This document shows positions 8,825 through 15,592 of a DNA stretch of 33,385 nt, one piece after another; the stretch's first letter is position 1, and each line of letters starts with the position of its first letter. The DNA is taken from the NCBI GenBank assembly GCA_016199185.1, contig JACQHE010000057.1, forward strand, positions 1 to 33,385. Direction: 5' to 3'. The position numbers and the translations under genes were made by a program. The notes under the pieces are model-generated. The model worked only from the letters and a program-made list of their open reading frames with translations, had not been told where the DNA came from and did no database searches. The stretch comes from Candidatus Gottesmanbacteria bacterium. Lineage in GTDB: Bacteria > Patescibacteriota > Microgenomatia > UBA10105 > UBA927.

Positions 8825-9614
8825 GGAGGTATTGGAGGGGTTAAACGTACGAGAAGGGGGAAGATATATTGATGCGACGTTCGGACTGGGCGGTCACAGT
8901 GGCGAGATTGTACGACTGGGAGGGGATGTGTTAGGTATAGACGTGGATCCGGAAACGCAGGCGGTTCATGGGAATTTTCGGGACATTGAAAGGATCGCAA
9001 GAGAACACGGGTTTGATCAGGTGGATGGGATACTTTTTGATCTCGGCGTATCGAGTCATCAATTAGACACGCCGGAGCGGGGATTTAGTTTTCGGTATCC
9101 GCATGCCCTCCTTGATCTGCGGATGAACCCGGAGCAAGGAGCGCCGGCATCAGAATACATAAAAAAACTTTCAGAAGAAGAATTGTATGAAATACTTGCA
9201 ACGTTTGGTGAGGAGAAGCTGGCTCGGACAATTGCTCACGCTCTTGTGGGCGCCCGTCGTGTAAGGCCTTTGACAAGTGTGGGTGATGTCGCTCGGGTTG
9301 TGGTTGAAGTAGTAAGAAATTCGAAAGAAACGACGGCAACGCTTGCGCGGGTCTTTCAGGCGATCCGGATAGCCGTCAACGACGAGCTTGGGGCCCTCAA
9401 GGAGGGACTACGGGGCGCCCAAAGACTGTTGACGAGCGGGGGAAGGCTTGCAGTCTTAAGCTACCATTCGCTTGAGGACCGCGTTGTCAAGCGGGAGATA
9501 GGGCGGCTGGGACTGTGGGCAGTTACCAAACGACCGATGAGACCAAGCATTCAAGAGCAGCAGGAGAACCCGAGATCGCGAAGCGCAAAGTTGCGCATAG
9601 CAGAAAAACTATGA
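8796..9614 (+). CDS. rsmH: 16S rRNA (cytosine1402-N4)-methyltransferase RsmH
   Basis: HTPVMVEEVLEGL, DATFGLGGHS and GILFDLGVSSHQLD motifs. The start is taken at MKKHTPVM (8796), overlapping the mraZ end. Confidence 0.9.
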   Translation: MKKHTPVMVEEVLEGLNVREGGRYIDATFGLGGHSGEIVRLGGDVLGIDVDPETQAVHGNFRDIERIAREHGFDQVDGILFDLGVSSHQLDTPERGFSFRYPHALLDLRMNPEQGAPASEYIKKLSEEELYEILATFGEEKLARTIAHALVGARRVRPLTSVGDVARVVVEVVRNSKETTATLARVFQAIRIAVNDELGALKEGLRGAQRLLTSGGRLAVLSYHSLEDRVVKREIGRLGLWAVTKRPMRPSIQEQQENPRSRSAKLRIAEKL

Positions 9615-9904
9615 TGAAGTCATGTATTCGATCAGGCATACGGCTTCTTCCTATCGTTGCTGTTGTGCTGCTCGTCGTGGAGATCCTCGTCACCAACGAG
9701 TTGGCAGGATTTGGCAAGAAAGTCGCCCAAACTGACCGTGCCATTGATACGCTTAAGGAAGAAAACCAACTGTTGCAGGAAAAAGTCGCTTCACTTTCTT
9801 CGCTTCTGACCATCGAAGAAAAAGCCCGTGTCTTGGGTTTTACCACGACGTCTGCGGTGGTCACCATCGGTACAGAAGATGTGGCGTTTTATCTTCAACC
9901 TTAA
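9611..9904 (+). CDS. FtsL-like cell division protein (TM plus coiled coil)
   Basis: 97 aa. TM segment LLPIVAVVLLVVEILV is followed by a coiled-coil-like stretch, IDTLKEENQLLQEKVASL. Its position between rsmH and the PBP is canonical for ftsL. ATGA overlap with rsmH. Confidence 0.7.
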   Translation: MMKSCIRSGIRLLPIVAVVLLVVEILVTNELAGFGKKVAQTDRAIDTLKEENQLLQEKVASLSSLLTIEEKARVLGFTTTSAVVTIGTEDVAFYLQP

Positions 9905-11577
9905 TGGCTAGGATCTGGATAATTTTTTCTCTTATACTCGTTTTTTACGGTCTGCTGGTTGTGCGGCTTTTTTACTGGCAGGTGATGCGCTCATCCCAAC
10001 TTCGGCTGGAGGCGGCGTCGCAGTACTATGTGACGTTTACGCTTCCGGCTCAACGGGGAGCGATCCTTGCCTCCGACGGGAAGCCCTTAGTCCTCAATCA
10101 GTCTGCATATTTGGCGTACGCAGAGCCCAGAAAAATAACTGATATTCCCTCTTTCGCTTCGCAGGTGTCGGCATTGCTAGACTTGGAGAAGGGTGACATT
10201 CAGACTTCTCTTTCCGAGCCCGGCCGTGTTTGGGTGCCTCTCGCGCATAAGGTAGAAGCTGCGCGAGTAAGCGAGCTTAAAGATTTGAAACTCGCGGGTC
10301 TTGGCTTTGAAAAAGAGCCCAGGCGGATGTACCCGGAAAGTTCCATGGCTGCCCATCTCGTGGGATTTGTGGGAAGCGATGAAAACGGGAATGACCAGGG
10401 GTACTTTGGCATCGAAGGGTATTATGACCGGGAGCTCGGCGGCAAAGACGGGATGCTGCAGCTTGAGAAGGACGTCCGAGGGCAGCCCATTTTGGTGGGA
10501 GAAACGCGCCGCATCGAGCCGGAGGACGGCAGAAGCCTGGTATTATGGCTGGACCGCACCGTAGAGCGAATAGTAGAGAATCGGCTGCTTGAGGGAATAG
10601 CAACGTATGGCGCAAAAGAGGGATCGGTGGTCGTTATGGATCCCAAGACGGGCGGGATAGTGGCGATGGCGGGTGTGCCAAGCTATGATCCGGGCACGTT
10701 CAGCCTGTTTGACAAAGACGCCTACAAAAATCCTTTGGTCGCAGGTACCTATGAGCCAGGGTCAACGTTTAAGGTACTGGTGATGGCTATGGGGGTGGAT
10801 CGAAATGTTGTGACGCCCACGATGATGGCGGAAGAAACCGGGCCGGTGCGGGTGGGCGAGTACTTTATCCGCACCTGGGATGACAAGTATCGTGGGATGA
10901 TCTCCATGACGGACGTGTTGGTGCACTCCAGTAACGTGGGCATGGTGTCTGTAGCAAAAAAGCTCGGCCGCGAGGGGATGCTTCGCGTCATTGCCGGGTT
11001 TGGGTTTGGGCAGTCCACAGGGATTGACCTGCAAGAGGAAGCCAGCTCAAGCGTTCGGGAGGACGATGCGTGGGGGGAGATAGACTTGGCGACGGCTTCA
11101 TTTGGTCAGGGGATAGCCGTTTCACCCATCCAGATGGTGCGGGCAGTGGCGGCTATCGCCAATGGTGGTGAGCTTGTCGAACCACGGGTGGTTAAGGAAA
11201 TACGCGATGGCGCGGGCAAGGTGGTGCCGATCAAGCCCAAGAAAGCCCGATCAGTCATATCGCCCGCGTCTGCGCGGGTACTCACGGAGATGATGATCGC
11301 GGCAGTCGACCGCGGAGAGGCAAAGTGGGCCAAACCCAAGGGCTACCGGATAGCGGGGAAGACCGGCACGGCGCAGATTCCGGTTGCCGGGCATTACGAC
11401 GACAAAAAGACGATTGCTTCATTTGTAGGTTTTGCGCCGGCGGATGACCCGAAATTTGTCATGCTCGTGACGCTGCGGGAGCCCACGTCCAGCCCCTGGG
11501 GCTCCGAAACCGCAGCACCCCTGTTTTTCACCATCGCCAAGGATTTGTTTTCGTACTACGGCATCGCGCCTCAGTAA
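9904..11577 (+). CDS. ftsI: Class B penicillin-binding protein (FtsI/PBP2 transpeptidase)
   Basis: N-terminal TM. Transpeptidase motifs STFK (GSTFKVLV), SSN (HSSNVG) and KTGT (GKTGTAQ). Confidence 0.9.
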   Translation: MARIWIIFSLILVFYGLLVVRLFYWQVMRSSQLRLEAASQYYVTFTLPAQRGAILASDGKPLVLNQSAYLAYAEPRKITDIPSFASQVSALLDLEKGDIQTSLSEPGRVWVPLAHKVEAARVSELKDLKLAGLGFEKEPRRMYPESSMAAHLVGFVGSDENGNDQGYFGIEGYYDRELGGKDGMLQLEKDVRGQPILVGETRRIEPEDGRSLVLWLDRTVERIVENRLLEGIATYGAKEGSVVVMDPKTGGIVAMAGVPSYDPGTFSLFDKDAYKNPLVAGTYEPGSTFKVLVMAMGVDRNVVTPTMMAEETGPVRVGEYFIRTWDDKYRGMISMTDVLVHSSNVGMVSVAKKLGREGMLRVIAGFGFGQSTGIDLQEEASSSVREDDAWGEIDLATASFGQGIAVSPIQMVRAVAAIANGGELVEPRVVKEIRDGAGKVVPIKPKKARSVISPASARVLTEMMIAAVDRGEAKWAKPKGYRIAGKTGTAQIPVAGHYDDKKTIASFVGFAPADDPKFVMLVTLREPTSSPWGSETAAPLFFTIAKDLFSYYGIAPQ

Positions 11578-11595
11578 AAATGCTATAATACAGGG

Positions 11596-12777
11596 ATGAT
11601 TCGTGGCCTCAAAGGGCTTTATCACTGGCTGGAAGCGCTCATAGCCAGCATCTGGTTTGGTTTCCCTAGCCGCAAACTCACCGTGATCGGAGTGACCGGC
11701 ACGGACGGCAAGACGACGACAACCACGCTCATCTACGAGATTCTCGCCTCTGCAGGATACAAGGTATCCATGATTACCTCCGTCCACGCCGTGGTGGCCG
11801 GTAAAACCTATGACACCGGCTTCCACGTGACGAATCCGCGCGGCTGGCACGTGCAACGGTTCTTGCGGCAAGCAGTTGATCACGGGGATACGCATTTTGT
11901 GCTGGAGGTTACCTCACATGGTTTGAGCCAGCACAGAGTGGACTTTGTACGGTTTGCCGTGGGAGTCTTAACCAACGTCACGCACGAACACTTGGACTGG
12001 CACAAGACCTTTGATGCGTACCTCCGGACAAAAATTTCCCTGCTTAGACGAGCCCGCGTGGCGGTCATCAACCGAGACGAGGCGGAAGTGTACAACAAAG
12101 CGAGTGAGCTTCTTCGCCGGAAGCGGGTCGTGACCTACGGCATCCGTCGCGATTCGTTGATTAGTCCGAAAACACACCCATTCACCACTAAACTCATCGG
12201 TACGTTTAACCGCTATAATTGTCTGGCGGCCATCGCCGCCACGGACGCGTTAGGCGTGCCGCTTAAATCGGTTCGAGCGGCTGTTGGGGCGTTTGGCGGG
12301 GTTAAGGGTAGGATGGAAGAGATTGTCCATAAACCCTTCCGCGTCATCGTCGACTTTGCCCACACCCCCAATGCCATCGAACAGGCACTTAAAACCATCC
12401 GGAAATCCACCAAACGCCGTATCATTCATGTGTTTGGCAGCGCAGCGCTTCGGGATAGGACCAAGCGGCCCCTCATGGGAAAAGCATCAGGCAGATACGC
12501 AGATGTGATTGTCCTTACGGAGGAAGATTATCGGACGGAAGACGTTAACAGGATTATAGACGAAATCGCCTCGGGGATACCCGCGGGAAAGGTCGTGATG
12601 CGCCTGCCAGATCGGGATGAAGCCATCGGCTATGCGATTGCCGAAGCTAAACCCGGCGACACGGTCATCATTACCGGCAAGGGGCATGAAAAAAGTATTG
12701 CCCGGGGCAAAATCGAATACCCATGGAGTGACCAAGAGGCTGTCAAAAAACATCTGCGATATGCTGCAAAAAATTGA
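11596..12777 (+). CDS. murE: Mur ligase, MurE-type by position and motifs, lacking the usual N-terminal domain
   Basis: P-loop GVTGTDGKTTTT only about 35 aa from the N-terminus. Also has TNVTHEHLD and ITGKGHE. The position corresponding to the DAP-type DNPR motif reads EEDYRTED. Confidence 0.75.
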   Translation: MIRGLKGLYHWLEALIASIWFGFPSRKLTVIGVTGTDGKTTTTTLIYEILASAGYKVSMITSVHAVVAGKTYDTGFHVTNPRGWHVQRFLRQAVDHGDTHFVLEVTSHGLSQHRVDFVRFAVGVLTNVTHEHLDWHKTFDAYLRTKISLLRRARVAVINRDEAEVYNKASELLRRKRVVTYGIRRDSLISPKTHPFTTKLIGTFNRYNCLAAIAATDALGVPLKSVRAAVGAFGGVKGRMEEIVHKPFRVIVDFAHTPNAIEQALKTIRKSTKRRIIHVFGSAALRDRTKRPLMGKASGRYADVIVLTEEDYRTEDVNRIIDEIASGIPAGKVVMRLPDRDEAIGYAIAEAKPGDTVIITGKGHEKSIARGKIEYPWSDQEAVKKHLRYAAKN

Positions 12778-13477
12778 CGTAGGGTATCAGTCGTCATTGC
12801 TTAGGCCATTTGAACATGTTCATCATGGATTTTCCAGCCGCAAAGCCGGTGACATGAGACATGATGCAGGAAACAGGAAACGTTTTGCCGGTGCGCTTGG
12901 TTTGGGTCAGTCACCGGTCTTTGCTCAACAGACGCACGGCAATACCGTGCCGGGCGACGGACTCGTGAGTACTACTTTTCCTGTTGCAGTGGTTACCGCA
13001 GATTGTGTTCCCATGCTGCTTGTTGATCCGGAGAGCAAAGTGTTCGGTGCTATTCATGCCGGATGGAAAGGGACTCTGGGTGGCATCATAGTAAACGCGG
13101 TGCGGGCGATGGTGCAGTGCGGCGCCGCCAAACAACGTATCTACGCCGCCATTGGCCCGCACATCGGCGCGTGCTGCTACGGGGTGCCGGAAGAACGGGC
13201 GCAAGTCTTTATAGATCGATTTGGTACGGACGAGAAGATGGCGTTTCAGTCTGACGGGAAATGGCACCTGGACATCGGGTGGGCCAATTACCGGCAGCTT
13301 ATCGAAGCTGGTGTACTATCGGATCACATAGACGCACCGCCCACGTGTACATCGTGCCAGAACGACGAGTTCTTTTCCTACTGTAAGGATTCAAAGGAAA
13401 CATACGGTGAAATGATGGCAGTCATCGGGTTACGATCTATAGTAAAAAAGCGCTTCGCTCGCCGATCCGCTCCGTGA
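12761..13477 (+). CDS. pgeF: Polyphenol-oxidase/laccase-domain protein YfiH/PgeF family (peptidoglycan editing factor)
   Basis: VVTADCVPMLLVD, GAIHAGWKGT and GPHIGACCY motifs of DUF152/YfiH. Start taken at MLQKID (12761). The last about 25 nt run into a GC-rich repeat. Confidence 0.8.
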   Translation: MLQKIDVGYQSSLLRPFEHVHHGFSSRKAGDMRHDAGNRKRFAGALGLGQSPVFAQQTHGNTVPGDGLVSTTFPVAVVTADCVPMLLVDPESKVFGAIHAGWKGTLGGIIVNAVRAMVQCGAAKQRIYAAIGPHIGACCYGVPEERAQVFIDRFGTDEKMAFQSDGKWHLDIGWANYRQLIEAGVLSDHIDAPPTCTSCQNDEFFSYCKDSKETYGEMMAVIGLRSIVKKRFARRSAP

Positions 13478-13506
13478 CAAAATAAACCACGTGGTGTATT
13501 TTGTCA
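13475..13506. repeat. 32-bp near-perfect palindrome overlapping the pgeF stop codon (possible terminator or operator)
   Basis: tgacaaaataAaccacgtggtGtattttgtca, with one symmetric mismatch. Its arms, TGACAAAAT(A/T)A, match those of the 34-bp palindrome at 13823-13856. Confidence 0.85.
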
Positions 13507-13521
13507 ATTCTCTTAACGTTA

Positions 13522-13601
13522 GGGATATACGAAGTTTTTCTGGAACAAAGTGGAAGAAAAATTTTGGTGAGGGGCGAGCCGAGCCCCGAATCGTATATCC
13601 C
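13522..13601. repeat. Long-range inverted repeat enclosing a GC hairpin
   Basis: gggatatacga (13522-13532) is complementary to tcgtatatccc (13591-13601). Inner hairpin ggggc-gagccga-gcccc at 13571-13587. Confidence 0.7.
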
Positions 13602-13671
13602 TTGTTATACGCCCTGACGACTGAAAGGAGCGAAGAGTAAAACGTAATCGTTCACGAGTTGGCAAACGAAC

Positions 13672-13711
13672 GTAGTCAATTTGACTAACGGCCGTTAGTC
13701 AAATTGACTAC
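13672..13711. repeat. Perfect 40-bp palindrome built from four TTGACT/AGTCAA half-sites
   Basis: gtAGTCAAtTTGACTaacggccgttAGTCAAaTTGACTac equals its own reverse complement. Confidence 0.95.
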
Positions 13712-13822
13712 TTCATCCGTAATGGTACTAACGCAAGGTACTTCCTTGCGAGTTCAAACACCGCGTTCTGTTGCATCGTTCACCACGTACTGTTTGATCG
13801 TGTTTGATCCCATCATCCACGC

Positions 13823-13856
13823 TTGACAAAATTACGCCATGGCGTAATTTTGTCAA
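13823..13856. repeat. Perfect 34-bp palindrome
   Basis: ttgacaaaattacgccatggcgtaattttgtcaa equals its own reverse complement. Confidence 0.95.
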
Positions 13857-13997
13857 AACTAAAAATAGCTTCGCAAGAACCACTCCTTGCAAAGCTATCG
13901 GATTTTTTACCTATCACAAAATCGTCGTGCCTGTTTTGCTAACTCGTGAATGGTTACAGTAAAACAAATGCATCTCTATAATTAAGAGAAGAAAATT

Positions 13998-14261
13998 TTA
14001 TCTCGACACCTTGTTGTATATCAGTGCAATGCTTGCACCCAAAAGCCAAAATACGCTAGCTTCAACTACTGTTCCCAAAAGTATATGCGACATACTCGTA
14101 TCAAATTGGGTTACTTCGAGATGTAAGCCTGCAACAAAAAGATTCATAGCCCATTCATACGAGTCTGGAGCTATGGCAACCCAAGCATGAAAAATGGGAT
14201 GTAAAATGACGTCGATAATTGCCAGCGTATTTGCGAAACCGATAACGTTGAATTTTTGCAC
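13998..14261 (-). CDS. Small hydrophobic membrane protein (possibly DUF5676-like)
   Basis: 87-aa ORF with a GTG start and two or three hydrophobic segments (FANTLAIIDVILHPIFHAWVAIAP, ILLGTVVEASVFWLLGASIALIY). AT-rich relative to the flanks. The family assignment is from memory only. Confidence 0.5.
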   Translation of the reverse strand: MQKFNVIGFANTLAIIDVILHPIFHAWVAIAPDSYEWAMNLFVAGLHLEVTQFDTSMSHILLGTVVEASVFWLLGASIALIYNKVSR

Positions 14262-14337
14262 GTAAATTAAGTTGCGATGTGAGTTTATAAAATTTTCTTC
14301 TCCTTTTCAATAAATAATAAATGTGTGCGAAATTTGG

Positions 14338-14390
14338 GTGAATCCTGAGCGAAGTCGAAGGAGTAACCCCATATACTGTGTTAGGTGATG
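14338..14390. repeat. Repeat copy R1 (GAGCGAAGT...CTGTGTTAGGTGATG) overlapping the 3' end of the VOC gene
   Basis: It aligns with 14901-14952, sharing gagcgaagt and a 14/15-identical block ctgtgttaggYgatg. The core tcctgagcgaagtcgaagga resembles the repeat at 25543. Confidence 0.7.
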
Positions 14391-14848
14391 TTTGATTTAT
14401 TACCAGTGTGTTTTGTAAAAAACGTAATTTCAAATCCCTCAGGATCAGTTATCTTGAAAGACGTATCACCCCATGAATTATCTCTCAGGCCGAAAACAAT
14501 ATTCGTTCCATTTTGAAACTTTTTCCATAGCTCCCAAACATCTGAGACTTCGAGTGAGAGGCTACAACCAGTAACTGGTTGATATTGGTCTGGAGAAAGC
14601 AATTCTAGTGTTGCAACACCAGTGTCGAACATTACCCCTTTTTCATCTTCTCCAGCACCCCATTCATCTATGACAGGAAACCCGAGTACTGTTTCGTAGA
14701 AATGCCTAACGAGCTCGAAGTCTTTCGGATACAATTTTAATCTAAATTCGCCAACTTTTGTTAAAGGATTCCAAACTTTATTTCTCATAGGATAACAAAT
14801 CAAATTTCGCCTAACGTCCCGGTATATGTGATGTTCCGCTGCATCCAT
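14381..14848 (-). CDS. VOC/glyoxalase-bleomycin resistance family protein
   Basis: FELVRHFYETVLGFPVIDEW ... SFKITDPEGFEITF is a typical VOC beta-alpha-beta-beta-beta module. The true start may be the internal MRNKVW at 14788. Confidence 0.75.
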   Translation of the reverse strand: MDAAEHHIYRDVRRNLICYPMRNKVWNPLTKVGEFRLKLYPKDFELVRHFYETVLGFPVIDEWGAGEDEKGVMFDTGVATLELLSPDQYQPVTGCSLSLEVSDVWELWKKFQNGTNIVFGLRDNSWGDTSFKITDPEGFEITFFTKHTGNKSNIT

Positions 14849-14877
14849 ATTTTATCAGATTAGAATCTGCAGCGGAA
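14834..14877. promoter_or_regulatory. 10-bp perfect inverted repeat bracketing the upstream start codon of the VOC gene
   Basis: ttccgctgca (14834-14843) and tgcagcggaa (14868-14877) are separated by 24 nt. On the minus strand that spacer contains TAAAAT and the ATG at 14848. Confidence 0.35.
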
Positions 14878-14900
14878 TATGCCTGCCCCCTTTGGCGCGC

Positions 14901-14952
14901 GTGCGGAGCGAAGTGCAATCGAGCGAAACCGCTTATTCTGTGTTAGGCGATG
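14901..14952. repeat. Repeat copy R2, downstream of the asparaginase-like gene
   Basis: gtgcggagcgaagtgcaatcgagcgaaaccgcttattctgtgttaggcgatg aligns with R1. A degenerate third copy lies at 13612-13643. Confidence 0.65.
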
Positions 14953-14970
14953 GCGAGGCCAGCGATAGTT

Positions 14971-15459
14971 TTAACTATTAACAAACTGGCCCGTTTTAAG
15001 ATCCCGTTTTACCTTATCGTAAGGATATACTCTGCCATTAAAGGCAATGAAAACCCCCTCTTTAACCATGTTTATAGCACCGATTGCGATGCCGAGATTG
15101 AAATCTGCATCAGAATTAAAAAATCGCTCTGGTCGCATTGCACCAGTTAAGATAATGGCTTTACCTTTGATGTCACCGAGTAGTTGAGCGGTTTCAATCA
15201 TAGTATCCGTTCCATGCGTAATAACGATTTTGTCAGCATCGGTGCTTAAACATGCCCCACGGATTTTGTTGCGATCTTCGTCTGTTAAATCAAGACTATC
15301 TTTTTGTAAAAGCGGTAAAATTTCAAAGTCAAAGAAGGGGCTTATGTCTTCAAGAATACGTTTCACCGCAGGTGCGGTTATTTCAAAGGCATATCCTTTT
15401 GTTAAACGAGGGTAGTCTTTATCAATAGTCCCGCCGGTTTGTATAAAGAGTATTTTCAT
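14971..15459 (-). CDS. Single-domain L-asparaginase-like protein (N-terminal catalytic domain only)
   Basis: ILFIQTGGTIDK (catalytic TGGT), ITHGTDTM and ILTGAMRP motifs of asparaginase/glutaminase. It is only 162 aa. Confidence 0.8.
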   Translation of the reverse strand: MKILFIQTGGTIDKDYPRLTKGYAFEITAPAVKRILEDISPFFDFEILPLLQKDSLDLTDEDRNKIRGACLSTDADKIVITHGTDTMIETAQLLGDIKGKAIILTGAMRPERFFNSDADFNLGIAIGAINMVKEGVFIAFNGRVYPYDKVKRDLKTGQFVNS

Positions 15460-15592
15460 AACGTGTTTATTTTACTAGCTGGCCTCGCTTTCGCATAACT
15501 CGTTTCTGGGCGAAATGAGTGTTGATTAATAGCGTAATATAGCTTTACCGTAATTTCTGAAAATCGCGCCACGCAAGTGTATACTATACGAT

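Larger units (their letters stand above)
13644..13957. mobile_element. MITE-like non-autonomous element with terminal inverted repeats and 8-bp target-site duplication
   Basis: Left TIR is GTAATCGTTCACGAGTTGGCAAAC (13644-13667). The reverse complement of the right end is GTAACCATTCACGAGTTAGCAAAAC (13933-13957). The identical 8-mer AGTAAAAC abuts both ends (13636-13643 and 13958-13965). There is no ORF inside. Confidence 0.7.

Noticed and set aside
11585-11590. Perfect TATAAT hexamer 5 nt upstream of the murE ATG, and a TATACT hexamer 7 nt upstream of the murC ATG (15580-15585), as promoters for leaderless mRNAs.
   Set aside because: There are no convincing -35 partners: only CTGAAA for murC and none obvious for murE. 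Single hexamers are expected by chance in AT-containing spacers, so they are not called without transcript-start data.
13662-13688. tmRNA-like tag reading frame GCA AAC GAA CGT AGT CAA TTT GAC TAA (ANERSQFD*) in a structured non-coding region.
   Set aside because: No tRNA-like acceptor or T-arm (GGTTCGAATCC-type) or 5' GGGG...UUCGAC partner exists on either strand. The sequence is simply the junction of the MITE terminal repeat and the 40-bp palindrome, and the tag lacks the usual hydrophobic C-terminus.
13480-13997. Group II intron, retron msr/msd or other known large structured RNA (RNase P, SRP, 6S) in the 520-nt non-coding stretch.
   Set aside because: There is no reverse transcriptase or maturase ORF nearby, no domain-V-like motif, and none of the conserved RNase P (GGAAAGUCCGGGC), SRP (GGAAGCAGCC-type) or other signatures that I can recognise. 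TIRs plus a target duplication explain most of the structure better.
14338-15499. Integron-like gene cassettes with attC sites: GTTAGGC/GTTAGGT core-site heptamers at cassette 3' ends, with the inverse core ACCTAAC overlapping a stop codon.
   Set aside because: The repeats downstream of the genes do not form the R''-L''...L'-R' imperfect hairpin of an attC, and no matching GTTRRRY partner lies within 60-140 nt. In the one inverted-repeat pair (14942/15499) the core heptamers are distal to the ORF rather than adjacent to it. No intI integrase or attI is in the window. It is kept only as an unexplained cassette-like pattern.
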